A stretch of 51,401 nt of DNA from Candidatus Pacearchaeota archaeon (GTDB taxonomy: Archaea > Nanobdellota > Nanobdellia > Pacearchaeales > GW2011-AR1), in NCBI GenBank assembly GCA_018303925.1, contig JAGVXF010000011.1, forward strand, positions 10,563 through 61,963, written 5' to 3'. Below, one piece after another: positions 28,061-37,847 of the stretch. Each line of letters opens with the position of its first letter. Position 1 is the first letter of the stretch. A model generated the notes under the pieces. That model worked only from the letters and a program-made list of their open reading frames with translations. It was not told the DNA's origin and searched no databases. A program made the translations under genes and the position numbers.

Positions 28061-29188
28061 TTAAAGAAATCTTCTTCCAAACCTTGAGGGAATTCTTCTT
28101 GTTCTTCTAAACTTAAACATAAAAAACCATATAAAAAACAAAACAGCGGCTCCCAGAATTATCCAGCCAACTGTTCCCCAAATCCCGGAATCTGAATCTT
28201 TAGCAACGCAGTTTCCGTTGCAGCATTGGGCATCTTTTGCACTTACAAGAGCTCCTTCGCACTTTTCATCGTCGTTGCAAATCTTAAACTTAAGTTCTGA
28301 ACATGTTTTAAGGCTTAAAGTTCCATTTGAATTGTTATTAATTATTGTTATATTTGTGTAATTATTGGAAGTTTTGTTTGTTTCATTATTCCCGAATAAA
28401 ATATCCCAAAAATCCTGATTTGATTCATTTGTTTCATTTTGAACTGAATTGTTTTTATCATTATTTGTATTTCCAAATAAAATATCCCAGAAGCTTGGGG
28501 AATTTTCATTTGTTTCGTTTTGGGTGGATTCATTTTCAGGCTCAACTGTCCCGTTATAGGGAGGCGGAGGAACCCCATCAAAAGTAGAATAAACTAAAAC
28601 TGAATAAGAGTCAGTTCCATTTGTAAAAATAATATTTTCAAAACCTCTGGAGGGGGTTAAGAGTGTGACATTTTTTTTCTCTCCAGGATTGAGGATTACA
28701 TTTCCAAAGGTACTTTCCTCAGGTCCATAAGACACGCTTATTTTATTGTCAAAGTTTAAACTCTGAATGGTAAGGTTATATGAAGATTTGTTTAAAACTG
28801 AAAACGCCGGAGAAACCGTAGCAAATACTTTTTTATCCGGAATTTCAAAGTTTGCGCCGAAGTCTTCATTTACCCACTGATTTCCATTGTAATAAGTAGC
28901 ACCTTTTACAACAATTGAATAATTTGAAGGAGTTCTGTCGGGTGAAATTGTAAAATAAACAAAATAATCCCCTTCGATTTCCTCAAGTGAAAAAACCCCG
29001 AAAGAAACCGCATTTGGGCCCCTGTAAAAATATATATTTGACTTTGCAAGAGGATTGTAAAATGTTCCTGAAATTCTTGCAATAAAATTTTCACCGCGTG
29101 AATAGTCTGCCTTTGTTTCAACTGCAGCTGATGAAACAAAACTTAAAGTCAGAAGTAAAAAAATAAATGCAAACATTACTTTTTTCAT
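28061..29188 (-). CDS. Secreted, C-terminally anchored surface glycoprotein with Cys-rich module
   Basis: Signal peptide, many NxS/T sequons, duplicated QNETNE...FWDILFGN, TCSEL...CCNGNC, TM plus Arg-rich tail. Confidence 0.8.
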   Translation of the reverse strand: MKKVMFAFIFLLLTLSFVSSAAVETKADYSRGENFIARISGTFYNPLAKSNIYFYRGPNAVSFGVFSLEEIEGDYFVYFTISPDRTPSNYSIVVKGATYYNGNQWVNEDFGANFEIPDKKVFATVSPAFSVLNKSSYNLTIQSLNFDNKISVSYGPEESTFGNVILNPGEKKNVTLLTPSRGFENIIFTNGTDSYSVLVYSTFDGVPPPPYNGTVEPENESTQNETNENSPSFWDILFGNTNNDKNNSVQNETNESNQDFWDILFGNNETNKTSNNYTNITIINNNSNGTLSLKTCSELKFKICNDDEKCEGALVSAKDAQCCNGNCVAKDSDSGIWGTVGWIILGAAVLFFIWFFMFKFRRTRRIPSRFGRRFL

Positions 29189-29247
29189 AATTAAATTAGA
29201 TTATCCAATCTTTTAAAGATTTCTTAATTTTTTGGAAACAATAAAAT

Positions 29248-31549
29248 TTATTTCCCAATCTCTTTTAGTTTCTTCAAAACTTCGTCAAGTTCTTTGGGAG
29301 ACTTTGGCTTTGGAATAGGCCGCCTTTCAGGGGGTCTTTCCTGGGGAATTATTTTCCTTTGAATGGGTGCGCCTATCCTTGGATTTCTGTCGTAAGATGG
29401 AGGGAATCTTGGAGGAAACCCGGGTCCTCTTCCTGGAAATATACCTCCTCCGCCGCTTCTTCTTGCTTTTGATTTTTGTATAAACTCTTTTATTTTATCT
29501 CTGTAAAGAATTCCAACGACAACAATTATTACAAGTGCAAACAAAACCCATATCCACCAATAACTTCCATTAGCAGAAGGATTATCATCTGACTCCATGC
29601 AACAAAAATACGCTGGGTTGCTACAAGTGTAAGCGCTGTCAGGAGAATAACCTTCCGCACACGATGAAGAACATATGCCTAAATTGTCTTCACATGTTGC
29701 CCCGACAGTTCGAGTTTCACAAGTTCCGGGGGTAAGGCAGCACGTCTGATCATGAAACAAATCATCTGTAGAAATACTATTTCCCCCTGAACAAAATTGA
29801 TTATCTGAGCAAATTATTCCATTTAATCTTGAACAAGTTATTTTTTCTGTAGCAATGTCACAACACTTTTGGATTCCGGGGCAGTCATCATAACCTGGAA
29901 CAAATGAACCAGTACATGCTGATGAGAAAGTACAGGTGTAACCTGCAAGTTCACATTCAGTCTCATTGTTATTTGAAGGAGTTGTATCACAGCAAACCTG
30001 CCCGCTTGAGCAAGTCCCTTCAGTGTTCAAGGTTCCTGAACATGTTCCTTCAGGAACACAAGTGTCTCCAAGTTCAGAGCATGTAATTTCATCGTCGTCG
30101 GGAGGTGCAGGATTACAGCAAATATCTGCTCCTGAACAGACGTATGAAGACTCAATTGTCCCGTTACAAAAAGTTCCTGCTGATATACAGTCAAAACCAG
30201 CCTGAGCGCATGTAATATTTCCTATATTGTTTGTCAGGCAGGCCCCTTCTAAACAGCCATCTGTGCACAATACATCTATAGAAGAACTTCTGTTATCTGC
30301 TTTACAAAAGTATTCAGTCAAAGTTCTGTTAGTGCAAAAGTCAGTTCCATTAACAATATTGTTAACAGTCACGCTTCCAGAAACGTTCCATATCTGACCT
30401 CCGTCAGAATCAAAACATGAATGAAATTCGGGAGGAAGCGGGTGGTTATCCCTTGGCCACAAGGAGTATAATAAAAAGCCGTTTGAAACAATATTGTTGT
30501 TATCCCAGCAGCCGTTGGGCTGTTGAATCCCAAAGAGCCAGTTTTTGGCATTTTGCTTTTCTGTTAAACTGTTATCCCCCTGAAAAGGAAGAAGCGCAAG
30601 AGCGGAGTCATAATATTTTCCTCTTGAAATTTCCCAGTACTTATGAAAAATTATTCTGTTTAGAAGTTCTGTTTTGAATTCAAGATTATTTGTCAAGATG
30701 TATAAAAAGGGCTCCGGGAAAAAATTCTTATTGTTTGATGAAAGAGTCTCAAGATAAGGCAAAAAGTCTGAAACGCTTTGCCCGACGGTGTCAAGAACAA
30801 AAGAAGCCCAAAGACTCCCAAGATAATCGCATTTTCCTGCCGAAATAAAGCAATATGAAGTTACGCTTTCCGTTGTTATTCCTCCTGCCGAACTCTGAAC
30901 ATAATCAAGTACATGAAAAGTCGGAGAATTTTTTTCACGGTAAAGAACTGTTGAAATAAAATCCCCGTCGTCGCCGGAATTTTGCGCGTCGCAGGATATC
31001 TGAAATTCACGGTCATAGCAACCCGGAGAAATACTAAACCAGTAATTGTTGTTTGCTCTTGTCAAACAGCTTCCTGCATCCTTATCTATTTTTTTGTCGC
31101 TTCCTATATTAATCACGTAATCTGTAAGAGATAAAGAAGAATCCGGATTTGTTTCGTAAGTAATCTGACAGGTTATAGCATCTTCGCTGTCAATTTCCAA
31201 AAACCAGTCTAAGTCTGTTGAAACCCCTTTTTGTGCCAAAAGCCACTCCTGTGAAGCCGTTGTGTTTGCCCCGACGCTGTCCAATGCAAGAACTACTTTT
31301 GAGGTCATTTCAATATCACATACTGAGCCTCCTTTATTTTCAGGCCAGCAGGAAGATGGGCTTGACAGAAAGAAGAGAGAATATTTTTTCTTCCGTGCTT
31401 AAGACTGAACAGGGTTTAGTCGTGTTAATAAGGTTTTCAACGCAAGTGTAAGCCTTCTGAACGTTTGCGGTCTCATCTGCAAGAACCCCTGCAACTGCAA
31501 AAACTGAAATTAAAAATAAGACAGCAAATACGCACCCCTCTTTTCTCAT
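29248..31549 (-). pseudogene. Large Cys-rich surface protein split by a frameshift near 31365 (N-terminal part 31340-31549, main ORF 29248-31308)
   Basis: Signal-peptide ORF ends 31340; another frame upstream of the main ORF reads SSPSSCWPENKGGSVCDIE directly into MTSKVVLAL. Main ORF has QW-like motif (WLFGIQQPNGCW), five Cys modules, TM, Pro/Arg tail. Confidence 0.7.
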
Positions 31550-31627
31550 GATTAAATTACATCAATAGTCCTTTTAAATATTTCTTAATTTTACAGCATA
31601 TTTTGGAAGATGGTACAGAACAAAAAA

Positions 31628-33169
31628 TCAATTGTTTTTTTTACCCTCCCTCAAATTTTTTTTAAGGACATAGTTCACTGGATTTTTCATTTTAAACTCT
31701 TCAGATGTTGGAAGAATCCCTATTCCCCTGTAATAGTCTTTATCAAAATTTGGAGGGGGAATTATTTTATGATTATAACTCCAGCTCAACTGCGAAGTTA
31801 TGTAACCTGCTTTGAGGGGAACCTCGTTTTTATCGTTCCATTCATAAATCCTTTTTTCAAGATCCTCCTTTTGCAATCCCACACTCCTGAAAAAATTTAT
31901 CAAAATAAAAAGAGCCCTTTTTCTTCCGTCTTTGACTCCCTCAAGTATTTTTATTATTGATGGGGGAAATTGTAAATCTGTAAGATTTTCAATTTTTACA
32001 GGCCTGAAGTTTTCATATTTTCCTCCAATGCGTTTTTCAGATTCTCTGTCTATTCCGGCGCTTTTTGCCCAGTCAAGAGCCTGCATAACAAATTCTGCCG
32101 CCTCGTTTTCTTTAACTTCGGGTATGAAATTTTTTATTTTAATCCTCAGAGGGTCAGCATCTTTAAACTCAAAATTTTCAAGGTCTTTTTCGTCTATAAC
32201 AACACTCACAAGAGAAGTTTTTTCGTGAAGGGAGTATGGCATCCTGAATAAATGCCGTGGAGAAACCAAAATCAAATCAAGTCCCATAAGAGAATAAATA
32301 TCCTTTTCTTCATGCGAAAAGTTTTCGGGATTTTTGATTGAATCAAGTTTGCACCTTCCACATTCAATAAATCTTTTAAGGGGCTTAAAGCTCATTTCAC
32401 TTTTACACTTGTAGCACTTCGGAATTTTTCCTTTTGTCCCTATCTTAAATTTTTTTGTTTCAAAAACCTGGCACTTCTCACACCTGAATTCAACAAACCT
32501 GTACGTCTCTGCAAATTCACCGCATGTCCTGCAAAGAAATCCTGTTTTAAGGCTTCCTTCAAGCTCCTTTTCATATTCATTGGGAAGAATTGATTTTAAA
32601 ATCGGGGCAGAATAATTTTTTGTGTATGCAATTAACTTTCTTGGAACTTCAGGAAAAAGATTTTTTATTTCAATCCCGTTTATTGATTTTGGAAAAGCCT
32701 TCCAGGGAAGGAAAATATGAAATCCCTTGTTGCCCGAAAATTTCAGCCCAACATTTTTTATCCCATGTTGCCTGAAAGTTTCAATTATTGCCCTTGCTGC
32801 AAGCTTTGAATATTTTATCCCCTGAGAGCAGTCAATATCAATTAACAAATCCCAGCCTATTCTAATGTCATCAGCATCCTTTTTTCCCATTCCGGTTTCA
32901 ATTTTAAGCGGGTCTTCCCAAAGTTCTTCAGAAGAATGAAAAGAGGTTGCGCCTTTTTTTGCAAGGCTAAAAACATCCCCTTTAAACTGAAAAGTGTCGG
33001 GCCTCTTCCCAAAACCTTCATAGTACCTTGGCGAAATTTCCCTGTTTTTTGAAAACTCAAAAATTGCCTTTTGCACATCCAGCCTTGAATAATACATCTG
33101 AGTAATTTTTCTTATCTTTTTTTCTTTGGGGCCGGGGGGCTCCCTTTCAGACCTTTGCAAATTTTCCAT
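31628..33169 (-). CDS. Fused DNA primase PriS-PriL (DPANN type) with zinc-ribbon insertion
   Basis: PriS motifs GWDLLIDID, KFSGNKGFH, RHLFRMPYSLH; PriL-CTD-like FPP.I...DGRKRALFILINF, PPN; four CxxC pairs. Confidence 0.9.
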   Translation of the reverse strand: MENLQRSEREPPGPKEKKIRKITQMYYSRLDVQKAIFEFSKNREISPRYYEGFGKRPDTFQFKGDVFSLAKKGATSFHSSEELWEDPLKIETGMGKKDADDIRIGWDLLIDIDCSQGIKYSKLAARAIIETFRQHGIKNVGLKFSGNKGFHIFLPWKAFPKSINGIEIKNLFPEVPRKLIAYTKNYSAPILKSILPNEYEKELEGSLKTGFLCRTCGEFAETYRFVEFRCEKCQVFETKKFKIGTKGKIPKCYKCKSEMSFKPLKRFIECGRCKLDSIKNPENFSHEEKDIYSLMGLDLILVSPRHLFRMPYSLHEKTSLVSVVIDEKDLENFEFKDADPLRIKIKNFIPEVKENEAAEFVMQALDWAKSAGIDRESEKRIGGKYENFRPVKIENLTDLQFPPSIIKILEGVKDGRKRALFILINFFRSVGLQKEDLEKRIYEWNDKNEVPLKAGYITSQLSWSYNHKIIPPPNFDKDYYRGIGILPTSEEFKMKNPVNYVLKKNLREGKKNN

Positions 33170-33370
33170 CAAAACTTTTCCGCCTTTTCCATTAAAAAAC
33201 AAGGTGTTGAAAGATTTATATAAATTTGTTTTGAGGAGAAATTCCTCTAAAATTAGGGGGAATTAATAAAGGCTAATCACAAAACACTGAAAAGATTATT
33301 TTAAAAAAATCCCTTCACCATCCCAAATAACTATCAAAATACTTAAAAAAGGAACCATACTTGAATTAAT

Positions 33371-34099
33371 ATGAAATTAAAAATTGACAATCCTGCACTT
33401 TTTACAAAAGCAATAGAATTGATTTCGGACTTAGTCCTTGAAGTAAGAATAAAAATAAATGAATTCGGACTTTCCGTCGTAGCAATTGACCCCGGAAACA
33501 TTTCAATGGTTTCACTGAAAATTCCAAAAAGCGCATTTAGCCAGTTTGAATCAGGAAATGATGTCCTGGGGGTAAACCTTGAAAACCTTAAAAAAATTTT
33601 GAAGAGGGTCTCAAAAACAGCCTCACTTATTTTAGAAAAAAAGGAAAATTATCTTGAGATAAAAATTGAAGACAAAATAAATCGTTTATTTACCCTTAAC
33701 TTAATTGAAGTTGAAAGAGAAGACAAAGAATTTCCGGAGCACCTTGAATTTTCATCAAAGATTATTATGAATTCCCAGGATTTAATTGATTCAATTGAAG
33801 ACTGCCTTGTTGTTTCGGATGCCTGCTCCTTTATAATTAAGGAGGGTAAATTCATAATTGAGTCAAAGGAAACAAACTCGGCAAGGACCGAATTTTCATC
33901 TGATGAAGCAAAGATTGATGCCGAAGACTGCCATGTCAGGTACAGCCTTGAGTATCTTCAGAAATTCACGAAAGCGGGAAAACAGTTTCCCGAAACAATT
34001 TTAAAATTTGCGGAAGACCATCCGTTAAGAATTGACTTTATTTCCGAGCACTTGAACCTTAGTTTTCTTCTTGCTCCGAGAGTTGAGACTGAAGATTAG
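33371..34099 (+). CDS. pcn: DNA polymerase sliding clamp PCNA
   Basis: AIDPGNISMV, GVNL..LKKIL, YSLEYL, HPL, C-terminal FLLAPRVE. Confidence 0.96.
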   Translation: MKLKIDNPALFTKAIELISDLVLEVRIKINEFGLSVVAIDPGNISMVSLKIPKSAFSQFESGNDVLGVNLENLKKILKRVSKTASLILEKKENYLEIKIEDKINRLFTLNLIEVEREDKEFPEHLEFSSKIIMNSQDLIDSIEDCLVVSDACSFIIKEGKFIIESKETNSARTEFSSDEAKIDAEDCHVRYSLEYLQKFTKAGKQFPETILKFAEDHPLRIDFISEHLNLSFLLAPRVETED

Positions 34100-34211
34100 C
34101 ACTTTAGTAATATTAGAAGATTAATATAAAGTGCTTGTCCGAGAAGAGGATTAACACTTTGCGAATTGAATATTAATAGGAAGTGTTGGTCCGAGCAAAG
34201 GATTAACCATT
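34094..34211. repeat. Tandem imperfect palindromic repeats downstream of pcn
   Basis: AAGTGCTTGTCCGAGAAGAGGATTAAC (34129-34155) and AAGTGTTGGTCCGAGCAAAGGATTAAC (34181-34207); two 12-13 bp stems. Confidence 0.65.
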
Positions 34212-34249
34212 GAAAAAATTTAAGTAGTTTGGATTTCTTTTTAAACAAG

Positions 34250-35191
34250 ATGATAAAAAAAGAGCTCATTGAATTAGCCAACCAGAATTTTAAAAGAGGT
34301 TTTGATGTTAATACAGTTAAGGATATGCTGAGAAATCAGGGATATGCCAAACAGGATGTGGAAGACAGCATAAAATACGCGCAGGACATAAACGAGGGCG
34401 GAGGAGGTCTTGTTTTGACCCAAAAAATTTCAAGGAAAAGCATATGGCTTTATGCTTCCCTGCCTGTAATTCTCGTTGCCGGAATTTTTATTTTTTTTGT
34501 CCTGACTGCTCCAAATGTTCAAATCAGCGAAGGAAAAATTATAGCAGGGGCAAATATAAATATTCCTGAAGGGGGAAACATAAGCTTTTCACTTTATAAC
34601 AAGGCCCACACAATAAAGATAAATTCTGTAACTGAAGATTCAGTAAGCCTGATTATACAAAGCGAGCCAATTGAGATTAACTTAACTATTGGAGAAGAAA
34701 AAGAAGTCGATGTTGACGGAGACAGAGAAAGCGACCTTTACATAAAACTTGTTAACATAACCGACAGAATTCCTGAAATATACATGAAAAAGATAGAGAA
34801 AAGATGCATTGAAAACTGGAGTTGCGGTGAATGGAGCGAATGTGATTCGGAAGGGAAGGAAAAAAGGGTGTGCTCTGACTTAAATTCATGCGGAACTGAA
34901 AACAAAAGTCCTGAAAGGGAAAGGTTATGCGCAGGAAACGGAAACCTAACAGAAAATTTTAATTCGACAAACACAAACATATCAAACTTTACAAGAGAAT
35001 TTAATGAATCAGGAAACTTTAATACAACCCATAATGACAGCAATATTTCAAACAGAACCACGGGTAATAATAATTTAAATTTAACAAATGTAACAGGAAT
35101 AGCGAATGAAACAGAGGGAAATAAAACTAATAATTCTAGATATAATAACAGCAATTTATATGATATCCCCCTTTCAGGAACTTTAAATTGA
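34250..35191 (+). CDS. Membrane-anchored surface protein with TSP1-like Cys/Trp module and Asn-rich tail
   Basis: Single TM, DVDGD motif, CIENWSCGEWSEC...RVCSDLNSCG, many NxS/T. Confidence 0.75.
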   Translation: MIKKELIELANQNFKRGFDVNTVKDMLRNQGYAKQDVEDSIKYAQDINEGGGGLVLTQKISRKSIWLYASLPVILVAGIFIFFVLTAPNVQISEGKIIAGANINIPEGGNISFSLYNKAHTIKINSVTEDSVSLIIQSEPIEINLTIGEEKEVDVDGDRESDLYIKLVNITDRIPEIYMKKIEKRCIENWSCGEWSECDSEGKEKRVCSDLNSCGTENKSPERERLCAGNGNLTENFNSTNTNISNFTREFNESGNFNTTHNDSNISNRTTGNNNLNLTNVTGIANETEGNKTNNSRYNNSNLYDIPLSGTLN

Positions 35192-35260
35192 CCTCTTTAG
35201 ACAATAAATTAACCACTCTCTAATTGAAATATTTATAAATGTAAAAAACCTTTAAAAAAG

Positions 35261-36058
35261 ATGAAAGGGGCGAAGAAATTTAATAAAAAAGGTCAGGTTA
35301 CAATTTTTGTCATCCTTGCCCTTGTTATTATTGTTCTTGGTACTCTGATTTATTTCTTTTATCCGGGAATAAAAATAACTACAAGCCCGCTTGAAGAAAC
35401 TCCCCAGGCATACTTTCAAAATTGTATTGAAGGAAATTTAAGGGAAAATGCGGAATTGATAGGTTTTCAGGGAGGAAGTATTGAACCTGATTCAAGCTTC
35501 AATTATGGGGGAACTCCTGTTGCATATCTTTGTTATACAACTCAGCCTTATGGAGATTCGCCGACGCTAAAATGCGTTCCCCAGCAAGCACTTTTGGTTA
35601 ACCATATAGAAGAAGAAATGAAAGAAGTTATGAAAAATAAAGTGCACTCATGCTTTGATGAAATGAAAGTTGATTATACAAAAAAATATACTGGCGTTAA
35701 CCTTGAAGAAAAAGATTTTAACATTAAGCTTGCTCACAATAAAATAATCCTGCACAGTGACTCAATTTTAACTTTAACAAAAGATTCCCCAGAAAGGTAT
35801 GAAAATTTTGATGTAGTCCTGAATAATAATCTTTTTGAACTTGCTTCTCTTGCAAGAACAATAGTAGCATGGGAAGCAGCATACGGAAGCGCTGACCCTG
35901 TATACTTTATGAATTACTATCCAAATTTGGATATTAAGAATCCCTCTCCGGACGGGGGAAAAACAAGAATATGGATAATAAAAGATATGGTGACAGGAGA
36001 CACATTTCAATTTGCATCAAGTGAAATTATTTGGCCCCTTGGGATTCCATCGCCTTAA
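35261..36058 (+). CDS. Class III signal peptide (pilin-like) protein
   Basis: NKKG|QVTIFVILALVIIVLG. Confidence 0.75.
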   Translation: MKGAKKFNKKGQVTIFVILALVIIVLGTLIYFFYPGIKITTSPLEETPQAYFQNCIEGNLRENAELIGFQGGSIEPDSSFNYGGTPVAYLCYTTQPYGDSPTLKCVPQQALLVNHIEEEMKEVMKNKVHSCFDEMKVDYTKKYTGVNLEEKDFNIKLAHNKIILHSDSILTLTKDSPERYENFDVVLNNNLFELASLARTIVAWEAAYGSADPVYFMNYYPNLDIKNPSPDGGKTRIWIIKDMVTGDTFQFASSEIIWPLGIPSP

Positions 36059-36070
36059 GAATAAAATAAC

Positions 36071-37846
36071 ATGAAAAAAAGAATGATAAAATTCGCGTTT
36101 TTGGGAATCTTCCTAGCTCTTGCTTTTATTTTAATAAATACTAATTTTGTTTACGCTGAAAATAATGTCTGCTGTGAAAAACTTAAGACAAATGCCGACG
36201 GAAGCGGGGGGCAGTGGTGCCAGAATGCTCCAATTAATGCATGTGACATTTCAAAAGGTCTTAGGAGCGCTCCAACTTCATGTGAATCAACTTCTTTTTG
36301 TAAAGCAGGAACATGCTACGATAGTCAGGAAGGAATTTGTGAGAGCGGAGTTTCCCAGACTGTATGCCAAAATTCTGAAGGAGTATGGAATGTAAAACCT
36401 TCCTCAGAAATTCCCCAATGCCAGTTGGGATGCTGTTACCTTGGAGGCGGAGCCAATCTTGCAACCCAAGTAAGATGTAAAGAGTTGTCGGCTCTTTATG
36501 GAGTAAATACAAATTTTAATCTGGGAATAACTTCTGAAATTGAATGTATTGCAAGTGCAGGCGGAGAAGAAAAAGGAGCATGCGTTTATGAAACTGGTGC
36601 TGAAAGAACGTGTAAAATGACAACAAAGTCAGAATGCAACGATTTGAAAGGAGAAGATTCAAATTCAGGCGTTGAGTTTTATGAAGGATATTTGTGCTCT
36701 GATGAAGATCTTCACACAAATTGCGGACCTTCAAAGCAAACAACATGTGTCGTTGGCCAAAATGAAGTTTACTTTTTAGATACGTGTGGAAACCTTGCTA
36801 ATATTTATGATGCAACCCAAGCAACAGACAAAATTTACTGGTCAAAAATAGTTCAAAAGGAAGATTCATGTAATCCAGATTCACCAAATGCAAACTCTGC
36901 CTCTTGCGGAAACTGCGACTTTGCCCTCGGGAGCACATGCAAGGCTTATGAAAAAAGCGGGGCTGTAAAACCTACTATAGGCGAAAACTTATGTAAAGAC
37001 CTTGGATGCACTTTCAAGGGAAAAACTTACAAGCACGGTGAATCATGGTGCGGACTTCCCGAAGGAGTTCCGTTAATAACAGACCAGGAAAACGATGGAA
37101 ATTATGTATTTAATGGCAAAACTTCATTGCCCGATAATTCAAAGGAAAACCTTCCCGGTTCAGTTTATGAAAAATTAACATGCTACAATGGGGAAGTTAC
37201 AATTGACAATTGCTACGACGGAAGGCAAAAAATCTGCGTTCAGGATGAGATTCCAACTCCTGACAAAAAAGGATTCAAAAATGCTGTATGTGCCCTTAAC
37301 ATATGGCAGGATTGTGCTCTTCAAACAGAAGAATACAACTGCCTTGACAGAAATTTAAGAAGTTGCAAATGGCTTCCCAACAATTATGCTCTTGCTTCAC
37401 AAAGTACGCAAGGAACAACAAGAGGAGCATGTGTTCCATTAAATCCTCCAGGATTTGACTTTTGGAGCGGGGAAGGAAATGGCGACGCTGTTTGCTCATA
37501 CGGAACAATTTCATGCCCTTATGAAATTTCAAAAAGTTTGTTGGGAGGATATAGTTTTGCCTCGGGAAGTGAATGTATAGTTGGTCCAGGAGAAGGTCAA
37601 AGAAACATAAAACCCGAATGGGTTGCTGAAATGCAAAATAGGTGCATGAGTCTTGGTGACTGCGGACCAAAGATGAGTTATATAGGAACCCCTGGAGCAA
37701 TACAAATTGTTGCTGAAAAATTACTTTCAGACGGAAAATCAGGGGATTACATTAAGTCAGATGGAAAAACTATTCAAACTCCTAAGGGAACATTTAACTT
37801 TGAAAATTTCATGAAGCAATATTTAAAATCAACTCCTTTTGGATAA
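36071..37846 (+). CDS. Large secreted Cys-rich protein
   Basis: Signal peptide; dense Cys (CCEK, GCC, GAC), RCMSLGDCG near the C-terminus. Confidence 0.8.
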   Translation: MKKRMIKFAFLGIFLALAFILINTNFVYAENNVCCEKLKTNADGSGGQWCQNAPINACDISKGLRSAPTSCESTSFCKAGTCYDSQEGICESGVSQTVCQNSEGVWNVKPSSEIPQCQLGCCYLGGGANLATQVRCKELSALYGVNTNFNLGITSEIECIASAGGEEKGACVYETGAERTCKMTTKSECNDLKGEDSNSGVEFYEGYLCSDEDLHTNCGPSKQTTCVVGQNEVYFLDTCGNLANIYDATQATDKIYWSKIVQKEDSCNPDSPNANSASCGNCDFALGSTCKAYEKSGAVKPTIGENLCKDLGCTFKGKTYKHGESWCGLPEGVPLITDQENDGNYVFNGKTSLPDNSKENLPGSVYEKLTCYNGEVTIDNCYDGRQKICVQDEIPTPDKKGFKNAVCALNIWQDCALQTEEYNCLDRNLRSCKWLPNNYALASQSTQGTTRGACVPLNPPGFDFWSGEGNGDAVCSYGTISCPYEISKSLLGGYSFASGSECIVGPGEGQRNIKPEWVAEMQNRCMSLGDCGPKMSYIGTPGAIQIVAEKLLSDGKSGDYIKSDGKTIQTPKGTFNFENFMKQYLKSTPFG

Positions 37847-37847
37847 A

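Noticed and set aside
32350-32535. Intein in the primase
   Set aside because: No C/S...HN-C/S/T splice junctions; the insert is a CxxC-rich zinc ribbon.
34094-34211. Mini-CRISPR or hammerhead ribozyme
   Set aside because: Only two imperfect repeats with about 20-nt intervals; no CUGANGA/GAAA core. Kept only as an unexplained repeat.
34940-35190. AAY-rich tract as a DGR template repeat
   Set aside because: It is the coding Asn-rich glycosylated tail of ORF 34250 and shows no similarity to the candidate VR at 51138-51227.
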